A stretch of 64,000 bases of DNA from Candidatus Dadabacteria bacterium (GTDB lineage Bacteria; Desulfobacterota_D; UBA1144; Nemesobacterales; CSP1-2). The notes under the pieces are model-generated. The model had not been told where the DNA came from. It saw only the letters and a program-made list of their open reading frames with translations, and did not search any database. Of the stretch, positions 43,632 to 54,300 are shown one piece after another. Positions within the stretch are counted from its first letter, which is position 1, and the number at the start of each line of letters is the position of its first letter. The position numbers and the translations under genes were made by a program. Location of the stretch: positions 480,001 to 544,000 of the forward strand of contig CAWDVW010000005.1 of the NCBI GenBank assembly GCA_963805855.1, read 5' to 3'.

Positions 43632-44765
43632 TTATGTCCTTTCGGACAGCAGCTTGCTTTCGAGATAACGTTCACATATCAGATAAAACTTCACCATCGA
43701 ATCAATATCGACCCACTCGTCTTCAGAATGTAGTTCTCCTACGAGGGGACGGGAAATGATAACAGGGATTCCATAGCCTTGAATAAACCTTGAGTCGCTC
43801 GCGCCGTCTTCCCGGATGAAGGACGCCGGTTCCCCAGTGACCTCCTCAATGGCTTTTTCAAAAAGGGCATCAGGGTTGAATTCCGTAGGCTCAGAAGAGA
43901 GGATTACATTAGTTTCGATATGACTTCCTAAGACCTGCGTAATCTCGCCAAGCATCTGATCAACTGTAAAGGGAGGCGGAAATCGGATATCCAGATCGGC
44001 CTTTGCTATAGAAGGAATTCTGTTGGTTGCCACGTTAGGAGTTTCGACCCTGGTTAATGTGCATGTTGGATACCAGTGATCACCATCATGTTTCAATGCG
44101 AGGAAATGTCTTTTTAGTGATGTTACTCTTTCGAGCAATTTCTCCAACGGATTATCACCCAGCCATGGCCTTGCAGCATGGCTCGAGTGGCCAAGACAAA
44201 TAAGATGAAGATGAATTACTCCCTTTTCAGCGACGGTGATTTCATTCAATGAACCTCCATCAGGAACGATCGCCGTACCGCAACGAAGGCCTGCTTCATC
44301 AAAGAGATAACCCATACCAGAACTTCCACCTTGTTCTTCATCCGAAGTAACAGCAAGTCCCAGCGAAACGCCAGGATATAAGCGATGGAAATTGATAAAT
44401 AGCTCAAGCATTATAGCCAATGCTCCCTTCATGTCACCCGATCCCGCCCCATATATCCGACCGTCGGTGATTTCCGGATCATATACCTCCACATCTCCAT
44501 GAGACACGACATCCAGGTGAGAAACCAAGAGAACCTCAGGTTTCCCTATTTTTTTGGGTAATGCCACAAGCGAAGGAATGTTGTTGCGCCGGTATTCCTT
44601 AATGTGCACGCTATGTAGTGTCTTGATATAATTCCTAACAAATGCAATACAGCGCTCGATATCATCTGGTCTTGATGCCGTACTCGGTATCAAAATAAGA
44701 TCCCTGGTCAGAGCAATTAGGCGTTCTCGCACACCCTGGTCGTCTTCGTCCCTAGTCTCTATCAT
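43632..44765 (-). CDS. M20-family metallopeptidase (DapE/ArgE-like)
   Basis: SHLDVV, DMKG, DEE, GHSSHAARPWLGDN, HSEDEWV. Confidence 0.92.
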   Translation of the reverse strand: MIETRDEDDQGVRERLIALTRDLILIPSTASRPDDIERCIAFVRNYIKTLHSVHIKEYRRNNIPSLVALPKKIGKPEVLLVSHLDVVSHGDVEVYDPEITDGRIYGAGSGDMKGALAIMLELFINFHRLYPGVSLGLAVTSDEEQGGSSGMGYLFDEAGLRCGTAIVPDGGSLNEITVAEKGVIHLHLICLGHSSHAARPWLGDNPLEKLLERVTSLKRHFLALKHDGDHWYPTCTLTRVETPNVATNRIPSIAKADLDIRFPPPFTVDQMLGEITQVLGSHIETNVILSSEPTEFNPDALFEKAIEEVTGEPASFIREDGASDSRFIQGYGIPVIISRPLVGELHSEDEWVDIDSMVKFYLICERYLESKLLSERT

Positions 44766-46116
44766 ATTGCCATTTTATTGGAAGCACCGCACTAAGATTT
44801 TCAAGTGCCTCAATACATGTATTGATATTCTTCGCCAAATATAAAAACTGTCCCTTAATCACCTTTCCACTTTCATTCAGATTAAAATTAATGGGTAAAA
44901 ATCCCTCAGATTTTCCGGGACAATAGAGGGCACCGGCCCTATCAATCAATTTGAGTAGTTCCTCTCCTTCGATCGGAATATCTGTTTTAACGTTTCGCAT
45001 GAGCCAAGCTCCATTGGGTATAAAACGACGAGAGAGAACAGATGGATAAGTCGCTCCGGTCACGCGGGCGTTAATTTCACATATTCTAACTTCAAACTTT
45101 CCCAGCCGCCTTACTACCAGAAAATCGACGCTTGCTGTACCACGGTAACCATTTGTATAAAGCCATTCGCCTGCCAGAGCTGCCTGGAGGATCAGCTCAT
45201 CCTCCAACCCGGTATAACTCGCAAGGTAGGGCGGTGGCGCAATATTCCCTTCATGGATGCTATCTTTACTGAGTATTTGTTCCGTTATGTCATATATATG
45301 GATTGATTGATCACCGACAAACAACTGAACACTAGGGGAATCCACACTTTCTATTCCCTGGAAACCAGGGCATATCCATCCCTGAATCAGGCAAGGTCCT
45401 TCATAAAACATATATTCCGGCAAATCGAGGTCCTGCATGCAAGTTTCGAGACGGATCATACCAATTCCTGAAGCTCCGATTTGAGATTTAGCCACTGCTC
45501 TCTCATATCCATTCTCGCGCAGGGCATTTAAGCAGCGCTTTGCATCAAATGGTGACGCGGCTACCTCGGTATCAAAAACAGGTAGGCCCCTCTCTAAAAG
45601 GTAATAATGTAGTTGAAGCTTGTTGTTCGCCTTACGGCATTCATCTTCTGTGTTTATAGGCGACTTATTTAATTTACGGGACCATAACACCAGTCTTTTG
45701 TCTGTAACAAAGCCATCGGTCCATTTTGCCGGGTGTGAGGATATTCTACCCATCACATTTTCGATTTCATCGGGATTAAATTTAGTTCTACAATCCTCAT
45801 CAATAGCCTCGTAAGATTCCCTCGGAAGTATTATAAAGTCAGGAAGGCTTAATTTTAAAACCTCCTGCTGGTAATTTAATATCGATTCATTAGGTTCTTT
45901 CTCCAGAATAAGTAGATTCCTCCCACCCTGAAACAATATGTCAATCACAGGAATCAGTCTTCCACCGTAAGTTCTCGCGCCCGATACCTCTTTATTAAGT
46001 TGGTTCATTTGCTCGATGTTCCCAAAGAACATAGACATCAAATTTGCAAAAAACACAACTGATCTGTCCCAAAATGCTGGGAGTCCTCCAGGATGGATGT
46101 AGGTCTGAACCGTCAA
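44752..46116 (-). CDS. ATP-grasp-fold protein (putative amide/peptide ligase)
   Basis: NNKL, AKSQIGASGIG, IQGWI, GYRGTASVDF, CEINAR. TTG start with SD aggag. Confidence 0.75.
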   Translation of the reverse strand: MTVQTYIHPGGLPAFWDRSVVFFANLMSMFFGNIEQMNQLNKEVSGARTYGGRLIPVIDILFQGGRNLLILEKEPNESILNYQQEVLKLSLPDFIILPRESYEAIDEDCRTKFNPDEIENVMGRISSHPAKWTDGFVTDKRLVLWSRKLNKSPINTEDECRKANNKLQLHYYLLERGLPVFDTEVAASPFDAKRCLNALRENGYERAVAKSQIGASGIGMIRLETCMQDLDLPEYMFYEGPCLIQGWICPGFQGIESVDSPSVQLFVGDQSIHIYDITEQILSKDSIHEGNIAPPPYLASYTGLEDELILQAALAGEWLYTNGYRGTASVDFLVVRRLGKFEVRICEINARVTGATYPSVLSRRFIPNGAWLMRNVKTDIPIEGEELLKLIDRAGALYCPGKSEGFLPINFNLNESGKVIKGQFLYLAKNINTCIEALENLSAVLPIKWQYDRD

Positions 46117-46216
46117 TCTTTACTCCTACTACAGCATGTCTTCACTCCGTTGAAATTCTACCAATTTTTATGATCGATTAGAAGGCAAAAGCTTAACTGG
46201 GGATCCAGCCCCTGTT

Positions 46217-46398
46217 GTCATCCCCGAGGATTTCTGTCGGGGATCCACATCATCTTGTAAGATTTCTAGCGAATTTCGGACAGCCTTGTCCTGAGCCTGC
46301 ATTGAGCCCTGAGTAATACCGAGGGGTCAAAAGGGAAAGTCCTAGAATGTTATTTCTTTTTTGTTTTTACACTTTGACCCTTCGATAAACTCAGGGCT
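46217..46398. repeat. Cluster of REP-like elements (family B copy plus an inverted pair of family A)
   Basis: gtcatccccgagg..tcggggatcca at 46217; agccctgagt..gaggggtcaaa (46305-46331) is inverted against tttgacccttcg..actcagggct (46373-46398). Confidence 0.7.
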
Positions 46399-46476
46399 AA
46401 GTGCGAGCGAGGTTTTCAAACTCCTAATGCGATAGACGAAGAAATGTTGGCGTTCGCCGTCAGGTTACAATATTTT

Positions 46477-46788
46477 CTATATTTTCACTTCGCTGATCTG
46501 AATTGCGGGCCGAATATCGGTGTAGTTTGGGAGATCTCCCATAATAGCCTCAGCGTGTGGCCCAAAAGCCGCTTGAAATGCCTCTACAGAATCGAAATAT
46601 AGATGGCCCATGGCAACGTAAGTCGCCCGTGATCCGGGCTCCGCGCCAGCCAGTCCCTGTTCTACAGCCACGCCTTTGCACTGAGCTCCTAACTTTTCCT
46701 GGACCATGGGTATGTGCTTGTTGCAGTAGTACTCCATGTCAAATGTTTTGCCTTCGTCATTCGGATAAAAGACGCTAATTTTTATCAT
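46477..46788 (-). CDS. EthD-family protein
   Basis: FDMEYYCNKHIP, FDSVEAFQAAF, DLPNYTDIRPAIQISEV. Confidence 0.9.
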   Translation of the reverse strand: MIKISVFYPNDEGKTFDMEYYCNKHIPMVQEKLGAQCKGVAVEQGLAGAEPGSRATYVAMGHLYFDSVEAFQAAFGPHAEAIMGDLPNYTDIRPAIQISEVKI

Positions 46789-46976
46789 AATTTGTTAACC
46801 CCTATATTAAGATTTTTACTAGGTAAACATGCAAACGTTTTTCGTATTTCACCGCATTACTCGTCACATCTGCTCTTAATAACGCTGGCAGTGAAACTCG
46901 AGCGGGAGGTTTGAAATGGGCTTTCTCGTACCGCATTTTACTTGGCCCCAAACAGCCCAAAAATTGTTTCCGTTTC

Positions 46977-47963
46977 TCAAGAAACCTGACTCCCCATCAC
47001 TTTATTAATGTGCTTACCTATACGTTCAGAGAAGCTAAAGATTGATCGCAACGGTACGAATCCCGCTACTCTGTATTCACCAACAGATTTCATCCCGGCC
47101 GACGCCATACACCCGCATTGCGAACAATCGGGTTCTCCACCCAGCTGGCAAGGAGTAATCTTGCTTTTTAAATCTGCTGTAACGCTTAGATTAGCTCGAG
47201 TAAAAATGCAATCGCTCGGTGATTTTGGGGGATCGAGGTACCCTTCAACTACGGAATCGGACATATCCATTTTTGGAAATCGATGTCGCAACTCGGCAAG
47301 TTCCTGCACGACTCTTACTCGTTCCTGCGGCGTAAGGATCTCTCCTGCCATTGCATTTTTTTGAGGTGTAAAAAGGCTGAACCAAATTGTATTCACCTCT
47401 GGCCGTTCTGACCAAAACGTTAAGAACTGCTCAAAGTAATCTGGCCTTCTAGCCATCTGACTCGTCACGGTGCAGTGAACAGTGATTGCATGGCCTGAAA
47501 TACTTTTAAGAATACGATCATAGGTCGCGGGCGCTCTTCTTACGTCGTGCTCAGGCTGCAGGCCATCTATAGAGACCGCCACACGTAATCGATCTATGCG
47601 ACTCCATGATTTTGGAATTTCACGGACAGCACTGGTTACGACCATGGTTGTGATGCCCTTTTTACTTATCTCCGGGAGTATGGCATCCAATTCCCTATAT
47701 CGCACCAGAGGCTCACCACCGACAATTGAGACATAAACTGGACGGTGTTGTTGCACGAGGTTCAAAACGCCATCTATCAGCTTTTGACCTTTGTAGTCAG
47801 ATAATTCTATCAACGGCCCTAGCTGATGAAGGTGCTCAGGCTCATACGCATAACAACCCGGGCAGGTCAGTGGGCATGCGCGTGTAATCTCGATAGATAA
47901 AAAGGGAGAGTATCCGGTAAGGATACGTCCCCAAGCGCGCAACGCATCTTTCGTATAACCCAT
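46977..47963 (-). CDS. Radical SAM protein with Cys-rich C-terminus
   Basis: CPLTCPGC, VGGEP, VSIDG, PCQLGGEPDCSQCGC. Confidence 0.92.
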   Translation of the reverse strand: MGYTKDALRAWGRILTGYSPFLSIEITRACPLTCPGCYAYEPEHLHQLGPLIELSDYKGQKLIDGVLNLVQQHRPVYVSIVGGEPLVRYRELDAILPEISKKGITTMVVTSAVREIPKSWSRIDRLRVAVSIDGLQPEHDVRRAPATYDRILKSISGHAITVHCTVTSQMARRPDYFEQFLTFWSERPEVNTIWFSLFTPQKNAMAGEILTPQERVRVVQELAELRHRFPKMDMSDSVVEGYLDPPKSPSDCIFTRANLSVTADLKSKITPCQLGGEPDCSQCGCMASAGMKSVGEYRVAGFVPLRSIFSFSERIGKHINKVMGSQVS

Positions 47964-48253
47964 ATATTTCTCCTTGTGGATGTTTCGGTGCCAATAAACT
48001 CACCACACATTACCAAACAAATGTGATCCTTCCATATTAAATTGACTAATTCAACTCTTTTAAAATCCTTTCAACGATTGTTGGGAATTATAAAGTATCT
48101 ATGGCATTGATTTCAAGTTTTCTAAGAAATACGATATGGATTCAGAGGATAAACTAAACAGTTGCTACCTCTCCCATCACGAGGTTGCATTAAACACATT
48201 CTACGTGATAATATCATCACGCTACCTTCTAATTGACCGGTAAGGAGATTCGA

Positions 48254-49336
48254 ATGGAAATTGGCTATTTTACAATGCCCTTACATCCTTTGGGTTCTGA
48301 TTACACTCAGACAATCGATGAGGACCTTGAGCAGATAATAATACTCGACCAACTTGGTTTCAAAGAGGCGTGGATCGGGGAACACTTTACAGCAGAATGG
48401 GAGAATATACCCGCACCTGACCTATTCATCGCTAAAGCTATTCCGCTAACTAAAAACATAATACTTGGCACCGGGGTTTCGTGTTTACCAAACCATGATC
48501 CTTTCGTGCTTGCCCACAGAATAGCTGTTCTTGACCATTTGGCTAAAGGAAGATTCTACTGGGGTGTCGGGTCCGGGACCTTTATTGGTGACTTTCAGGC
48601 ATTCGGGATTGACCCAAAAACGGGAGAGCAAAGGGAGTTAACCAGTGAGTCGCTGGATTTTATCCTTGATTTGTGGAATAACCCGAAACCTGGTTTTTAT
48701 GGAAATAACAGATGGAAATTTCGCGTACCAGAACCGCAAAACGACGTGGGACTAAGGGTACATGTTAAACCTTACCAAAGGCCGCACCCACCTATCGCAG
48801 TTGCGGGGCTTACTGAGAAATCCGGCACACTGAGAATAGCAGGGGAGAGGGACTGGATACCTATGAGCATTAACTTTATACCTAAAGATATTTTGATAAC
48901 TCATTGGTCATCTGTTGAAGAGGGAGCTAAAAAGTCAGGCAAATCTCCCGATCGTTCAAAGTGGAGAATCGCAAGGGACATTTATGTAGCCGACACCACT
49001 GAAGAGGCAAAAAAGGAGGTTAAGGAAGGAACCCTAGCGAGAGACTTTACCGATTACTTTTTCAAAATAGTACCAAAAATAAGAGGCAACTTAGATATCT
49101 TTAAAGTCGATAAATCCATGGCTGATTCAGACGTAACCCCGGATTATATGATTGACAATATATGGCTGGTCGGAAGCCCCGACGATCTGGTGGAACGAAT
49201 AAAGGAACTCTACGACCACGTTGGGGGTTTTGGTGTGTTGCTGGTAATGGGACACGAATGGAAACCCAAAGACAAGTGGGTTCGGTGCATGAAGCTTTTG
49301 GTTGAAGAGGTAATGCCGAGGTTACGGAATCTCTAA
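48254..49336 (+). CDS. LLM-class (luciferase-like) flavin-dependent oxidoreductase
   Basis: FTMPLHP, EAWIGEH, LDHLAKGR, PYQRPHPPIAVA. Confidence 0.92.
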   Translation: MEIGYFTMPLHPLGSDYTQTIDEDLEQIIILDQLGFKEAWIGEHFTAEWENIPAPDLFIAKAIPLTKNIILGTGVSCLPNHDPFVLAHRIAVLDHLAKGRFYWGVGSGTFIGDFQAFGIDPKTGEQRELTSESLDFILDLWNNPKPGFYGNNRWKFRVPEPQNDVGLRVHVKPYQRPHPPIAVAGLTEKSGTLRIAGERDWIPMSINFIPKDILITHWSSVEEGAKKSGKSPDRSKWRIARDIYVADTTEEAKKEVKEGTLARDFTDYFFKIVPKIRGNLDIFKVDKSMADSDVTPDYMIDNIWLVGSPDDLVERIKELYDHVGGFGVLLVMGHEWKPKDKWVRCMKLLVEEVMPRLRNL

Positions 49337-49660
49337 TTCTTCTCTCACACCTTTGTCATCCCCGAATGTTCTTCGATAAGTGCATATGAGCAGGAGTTTA
49401 ATCCGGATTCGGCGGCGTCATGTACGTCGCAGCAGATTTAGTTCAGACTTCGACTCGACTTAGTGTGATCGGGGTTTTTCGAAACTCGGATTTTTTGAAA
49501 AGCAAACTTCGCGTTTATAACTTTGCAATGCGTGAGTTTGACCTCCTTCAAAAGTGCTCACGCCAAACATGAGGCCTTGTCCTTTCCAGAGAATATCGAA
49601 ACTACTGCACTACTGCCGAATTAAATTAACGAAAGCTTGAAGTTAAATTGAATCGTCAAA

Positions 49661-51253
49661 TCAGAACCAGGACGGGCGTTTGTGTCTACTACGACCACGT
49701 GAACTAGTCCTTGTTCTTCCCCCTAAACCAAAAACACCCAGTATTCCCCTAGTAAGTTCCCTTGCTACCGTTCTTCCGATTTGCCTGGTGACCGTGCTGT
49801 CCATAACGGTCTCCAGGGTGCCTTTGTCGCTCGATGACCTTGAGCGTCCTGCCTTCTCCTGCTCTTTTGCCAGCTCGTCTTGCTTCTCCTTTTCCCTAAA
49901 CTCATCTATCTTTTGTGAGAGCATTTCATATGCGCTTTCGCGGTCGAGGGATTCATCATATTTCTGAACGAGCCTCGAATTTCGAATCACACTTTCGATC
50001 TCCTCCCCAGCCAAAATGTCCATTCTGGAACTCGGCGCACGCAACTTAGTCGCCACAAGGGGAGTCGGAACCCCCTTTTCATTTAAAACCGTAATCATGG
50101 CTTCACCAATACCAAGAGAGGTTATGAGTTCATCCGTTTTATAGAACTCTGAAACAGGGTAATTTTCGGAAACTAGTTTTATATCTTTCCTGTCTTTAGC
50201 AGTAAATGCCCTGAGGGCATGCTGAACCTTCATACCCAGCTGACTCAGTACGGCCGCTGGTATATCTCTAGGCGTTTGAGTGCAGAAAAAGATACCGACT
50301 CCCTTTGAGCGAATAAGCTTCATAACGGTTTCAATCTGATCTAAAAGTGCCTGCGAGGCTTCGTCGAAAATCAGGTGTGCCTCGTCTATAAAAATGACAA
50401 GTTTTGGATACTCCAGATCCCCCTCCTCAGGAAAGCTTGAATAAATTTCAGCAAGAAGAGAAAGCATGAACGTTGAGAATAACTTAGGACGACCTTGTAT
50501 ATCCGTTAACCTGAGAATAGAAATCACTCCATACCCATTTTCATCGATCCTGAGCAAGTCATCAACCTCAAAGGATTTCTCACCGAAAAAGATTTCTGCA
50601 CCCTGCTGCTCTAATTCGATTACCTTCCTTAAGATTGCTCCGGCCGTTGTCGTAGCAATCAGGCCATACGTGTTTTCGATGTCCTCCTTACCTTCATTCG
50701 TAATGTATTGAATGACCTTTTTAAAATCCTTTAGATCGAGAAGTGGTAGTCCCTGATCGTCACAATATTTGAAAATGAGTGATACTACACTAGCCTGTGT
50801 TTCGTTAAGTCCTAGTATTTTCGCGAACAATACAGGACCAAACTCCGACACCGTCGCTCGAAGTCTTACACCTCTTTCATCTGATAGTGTTAAAAGCTCA
50901 ACGGGAAATCCTTTTGGAGAATACGGGATACCAATCTCGCGGTGTCTCTCTTCAATCTTTGGATTAGCGATGCCAGGCCTTGCAAGACCACTCAGGTCTC
51001 CCTTAATATCCATCAATAAAACTGGGATGCTTTTTTCTGAAAGGCCCTCGGCTATCGATTGCAGGGTTTTTGTTTTTCCTGTTCCGGTCGCACCGGCTAT
51101 GAGTCCATGACGATTGAGCATCGCTATAGGAACACTTATCAAACAATCGGAAATACATTCCCCATCCAGCATCGCGCCACCTAAAATGACGGATTCTCCC
51201 TCAGCGCTGTATCCCTGATGAATTTGATCCCTAAAATCTTTTAACCTATCCAT
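49661..51253 (-). CDS. DUF853/YjgR HerA-like P-loop ATPase
   Basis: NRHGLIAGATGTGKT, FIDEAHL, IRSKGVG, VQHALRAFT. Confidence 0.92.
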   Translation of the reverse strand: MDRLKDFRDQIHQGYSAEGESVILGGAMLDGECISDCLISVPIAMLNRHGLIAGATGTGKTKTLQSIAEGLSEKSIPVLLMDIKGDLSGLARPGIANPKIEERHREIGIPYSPKGFPVELLTLSDERGVRLRATVSEFGPVLFAKILGLNETQASVVSLIFKYCDDQGLPLLDLKDFKKVIQYITNEGKEDIENTYGLIATTTAGAILRKVIELEQQGAEIFFGEKSFEVDDLLRIDENGYGVISILRLTDIQGRPKLFSTFMLSLLAEIYSSFPEEGDLEYPKLVIFIDEAHLIFDEASQALLDQIETVMKLIRSKGVGIFFCTQTPRDIPAAVLSQLGMKVQHALRAFTAKDRKDIKLVSENYPVSEFYKTDELITSLGIGEAMITVLNEKGVPTPLVATKLRAPSSRMDILAGEEIESVIRNSRLVQKYDESLDRESAYEMLSQKIDEFREKEKQDELAKEQEKAGRSRSSSDKGTLETVMDSTVTRQIGRTVARELTRGILGVFGLGGRTRTSSRGRSRHKRPSWF

Positions 51254-51517
51254 TTTCGTTTCCTTACCTTTACAACGATAAGTAACTTGAGAAAATCAAG
51301 TTTGGATGAATAATATAAGTACTGATACATTGTGTCAATTTAAAACGATCTTTCAATGAAATGCTAAATAAACGGGTTAATCGTAATATTAAGCGCAATA
51401 GGCTTCTCGAGTGATTACAGTTTATCTATTCATTTATGTTTTATTTATCTCGATTTTCAATAAATCCCGTTTTTAAAATACCGATAAAAATTCTTCATCT
51501 CCAAAGGAGTATCCACT

Positions 51518-51859
51518 ATGATATTGATTGTCAGTTGGATTTTAAGCGCTTTAAGCCTGGTGATAGTGGCTCACCTCATCCCGGGGTTTGAAATCAAAAA
51601 CTTTTGGTCTGCTCTCTTGGCAGCGGTTGTGATTGGCTTAATTAATGCAACGCTCGGATTTATATTAAAGATCCTTACTCTTCCAATCTCAATCCTTACC
51701 TTCGGAATTTTTCTCTTTGTTATAAATGCACTGATGCTTAGGTTCGCGACTTTTTTTGTCCCTGGCTTTGAAGTCAACAGTTTCTGGTCAGCGTTCTTCG
51801 GTGCAATAGTCCTTGCTATTTTAAATATGATCTTGAAGGGTCTTGTATTTGGTGAATAG
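51518..51859 (+). CDS. YvlD/DUF360 four-TM membrane protein
   Basis: LTLPISILTFGIFLFVINA, VPGFEV..FWSAFFGA. Confidence 0.9.
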   Translation: MILIVSWILSALSLVIVAHLIPGFEIKNFWSALLAAVVIGLINATLGFILKILTLPISILTFGIFLFVINALMLRFATFFVPGFEVNSFWSAFFGAIVLAILNMILKGLVFGE

Positions 51860-51908
51860 GAGTGGCCAGATAAAATGTAAGTTATCATAACCGAATACGG
51901 AGAATCTC

Positions 51909-52643
51909 ATGAATGAAAAGGTTGCATTAATAACAGGGGGGGCAAAGGGTATTGGAAGAGCCATAGGCCTTAGACTTGCCGAGCAGGGTTGGTCTATCGC
52001 TATTTGTTATAGGAAATCTGGCGCTGAAGCTGAGAAAACAAAACAAGAGATTGAGGAATTGGGAAGCAAATGTATTTCAATTCAGTGCGATGTCTCAGAT
52101 CCAAAGGCGGCTGAGGGATTTGTAGAAAGTGTGGAGAGCAAATGGGAACATATTGATGCATTAATAAACTGTGCCGGTCCGTATCACCGAGTAAATCTCC
52201 TCCAAGAAACATCAGAAGGGTGGCATTCAATGTTTGACAATAACCTTCATCCGGTCTTTTACCTCACCAAAGCTGTATCGCGAGGAATGATTGAGCGAAA
52301 TTGGGGACGTATTGTGAACTTCAGCATGGCGAACGCAGATCAAATGGTCGCCCAACCGAACCTAACCGCGCATTATATCGCAAAGGTGGGGGTTCTGATA
52401 CTTACCCGATCGTTAGCACGCACACTGGCTCCTCATGGAATAACCGTAAATGCCATCTCGCCTGGTTTTATTGACTCAGGGAGTGCACCTAAAGAAGAGC
52501 TGGAAGCTATGGTCAAGCGAATCCCAGCCGGTTATATAGGTAGTACAAAGGACGCCGTTGAAGCCGTTACGTTCCTCCTTTCAGACGAAGCGCGGTATGT
52601 AAACGGTACCAATATTCACCTTAGCGGTGGATGGGGAATATAG
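51909..52643 (+). CDS. SDR-family oxidoreductase
   Basis: TGGAKGIG, YIAK catalytic motif, VNAISPG. Confidence 0.92.
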   Translation: MNEKVALITGGAKGIGRAIGLRLAEQGWSIAICYRKSGAEAEKTKQEIEELGSKCISIQCDVSDPKAAEGFVESVESKWEHIDALINCAGPYHRVNLLQETSEGWHSMFDNNLHPVFYLTKAVSRGMIERNWGRIVNFSMANADQMVAQPNLTAHYIAKVGVLILTRSLARTLAPHGITVNAISPGFIDSGSAPKEELEAMVKRIPAGYIGSTKDAVEAVTFLLSDEARYVNGTNIHLSGGWGI

Positions 52644-52693
52644 TAAGTTTGTAGCACCAGAGCGACGGCCGTTAAAAACCCAGAGTGCCCCAT

Positions 52694-54127
52694 CTACTCC
52701 TTAATCCCCGTAATCTTCTCCACATGCGCCATCCGCTCTTCGAGGTCGTACTTACGCATAATCTCAATCTTTTCGGCTTCAGGGGGGCCTCCGCCGACAA
52801 TGCTTATAACTGAGTACCAGCCTCCCTGATAGGAGGCCGTTATATCCTCCAGAAGCCTTGCGACTTTTAATCTATAATCAGCTGGTACGCCTTCCTTTCC
52901 CTTAAGATATTCAGTCAGTCTTGTTTTAATATCAGGAACCTCCATATCTTCGGGATATGGAGAGGTTACAAGTATGCCCCCCGCGATCTCATGCGACGCC
53001 TTGAACATATCATAGATATGGAGGCCCTGAAGGAGCTTTCCAATATTTGAATAAACAGGATCTGGGCAAAAATTGCCGGCTGGAGTTTCTTTCCCAAAAA
53101 CAGTTGATGTTACCCCGCATGCGTAGAAAGATTCAACATACTTAATTAGGTCTGTGATTTTGTGACGAATATGACTCACTTTATTAGGATCTAGACCATT
53201 ATATTCAGCCATCTTTGCAGAAGCTCCAATTATCATATCACCTAAACCGGCCCTGCACCCTATACAGCTAAGCCTGTGATGTGTAGCAAAAGATTCCGTA
53301 AGTGTTCCCGCAAATCGCCACTCACCAGCTAGAAATACCCTTTCCCAAGGGATAAATACGTCGTCGAACATTATCATTGCGGTAGCCTGACCGTACTTTG
53401 AAGACAATTCAGCACTTGAATCATTCGGCCTACCGGCCTCACGCGAAACCATTTCAATACCTTTTGCATCAACCGGAATAGCAAATGAAACTGCGTAATC
53501 TTTATCCTTATCGGTCATATTCCTAGTAGGCAGAACTATTATTTCATGTGTATAAGGCGCCCCGGTTACAATGGCCTTAATCCCTCTTACAATAATTCCC
53601 TTCTCATTATGTTCAACCATTCTAAGATAAAGATCCGGATTTATCTGTTCATGCGGTCTCTTGCTTCTATCACCCTTCGCATCCGTCATGGCAACACAAG
53701 TTGTCAGATCCTCATCTTGAACGTATTGTAAATAGCCAAGAAACCGCTGATGATATTCGGTATTCAAATCATGGTCTACTTTGTATGTGTTTTCATAAAG
53801 GGCGTTCAAAGCATCATGGGTCAAATACCTCTGTGCGCACCCGGCAGTTCGGCACAGAAGCCTAGTCATCTCTAGCTTTTTTAACAAATCATCTGTATTT
53901 GTGTTGATATGCAAAAGACGGCTTACATCCTTTCCGGATACATGAGATGTAGCAAGCATGATGTCATTAAATTCAGGGTTTTTACCATATTCATAGGTAA
54001 GTGATATGGCATTAACACCAGGTTTAAGCAAAGGCTCGTCCGGAACGCTTTTTACCTGTTTCCCTCGTATATAAACAATCGGCTTAAGTTTTCTCAGACT
54101 GCCAACATATTCTTCCGGAGTTTTGAT
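52694..54127 (-). CDS. 4-hydroxybutyryl-CoA dehydratase / 4-hydroxyphenylacetate 3-hydroxylase family protein
   Basis: AMTDAKGDRS, VRGIK, FDDVFIPWERVF. Homology extends upstream of the called ORF to (I)KTPEEY..SLRKLKP at an ATC codon (54127). Confidence 0.88.
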   Translation of the reverse strand: MKTPEEYVGSLRKLKPIVYIRGKQVKSVPDEPLLKPGVNAISLTYEYGKNPEFNDIMLATSHVSGKDVSRLLHINTNTDDLLKKLEMTRLLCRTAGCAQRYLTHDALNALYENTYKVDHDLNTEYHQRFLGYLQYVQDEDLTTCVAMTDAKGDRSKRPHEQINPDLYLRMVEHNEKGIIVRGIKAIVTGAPYTHEIIVLPTRNMTDKDKDYAVSFAIPVDAKGIEMVSREAGRPNDSSAELSSKYGQATAMIMFDDVFIPWERVFLAGEWRFAGTLTESFATHHRLSCIGCRAGLGDMIIGASAKMAEYNGLDPNKVSHIRHKITDLIKYVESFYACGVTSTVFGKETPAGNFCPDPVYSNIGKLLQGLHIYDMFKASHEIAGGILVTSPYPEDMEVPDIKTRLTEYLKGKEGVPADYRLKVARLLEDITASYQGGWYSVISIVGGGPPEAEKIEIMRKYDLEERMAHVEKITGIKE

Positions 54128-54300
54128 TTCTGGTACCCCCTTGAGAAGTTAAAAAACCTATATTGGAGTATAGCAGTTTTTGATTATGTGTCGAATACTT
54201 GATTTCTTTAGGAACTAAATCAAGATAGTCGGAATATGCCCCTCGCCCGGAACCTAATCCAAGAGCGACGAGTATTTCCAGTTTACTCACATACAACCTC

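Noticed and set aside
46400-46476. Integron attC-like site after ethD (cgccaac on the minus strand)
   Set aside because: No convincing complementary core site, no cassette array and no integrase in the window.
51518-51859. Prophage suggested by a 'phage holin family' type protein
   Set aside because: YvlD/DUF360 proteins are common chromosomal genes, and no phage genes are nearby.
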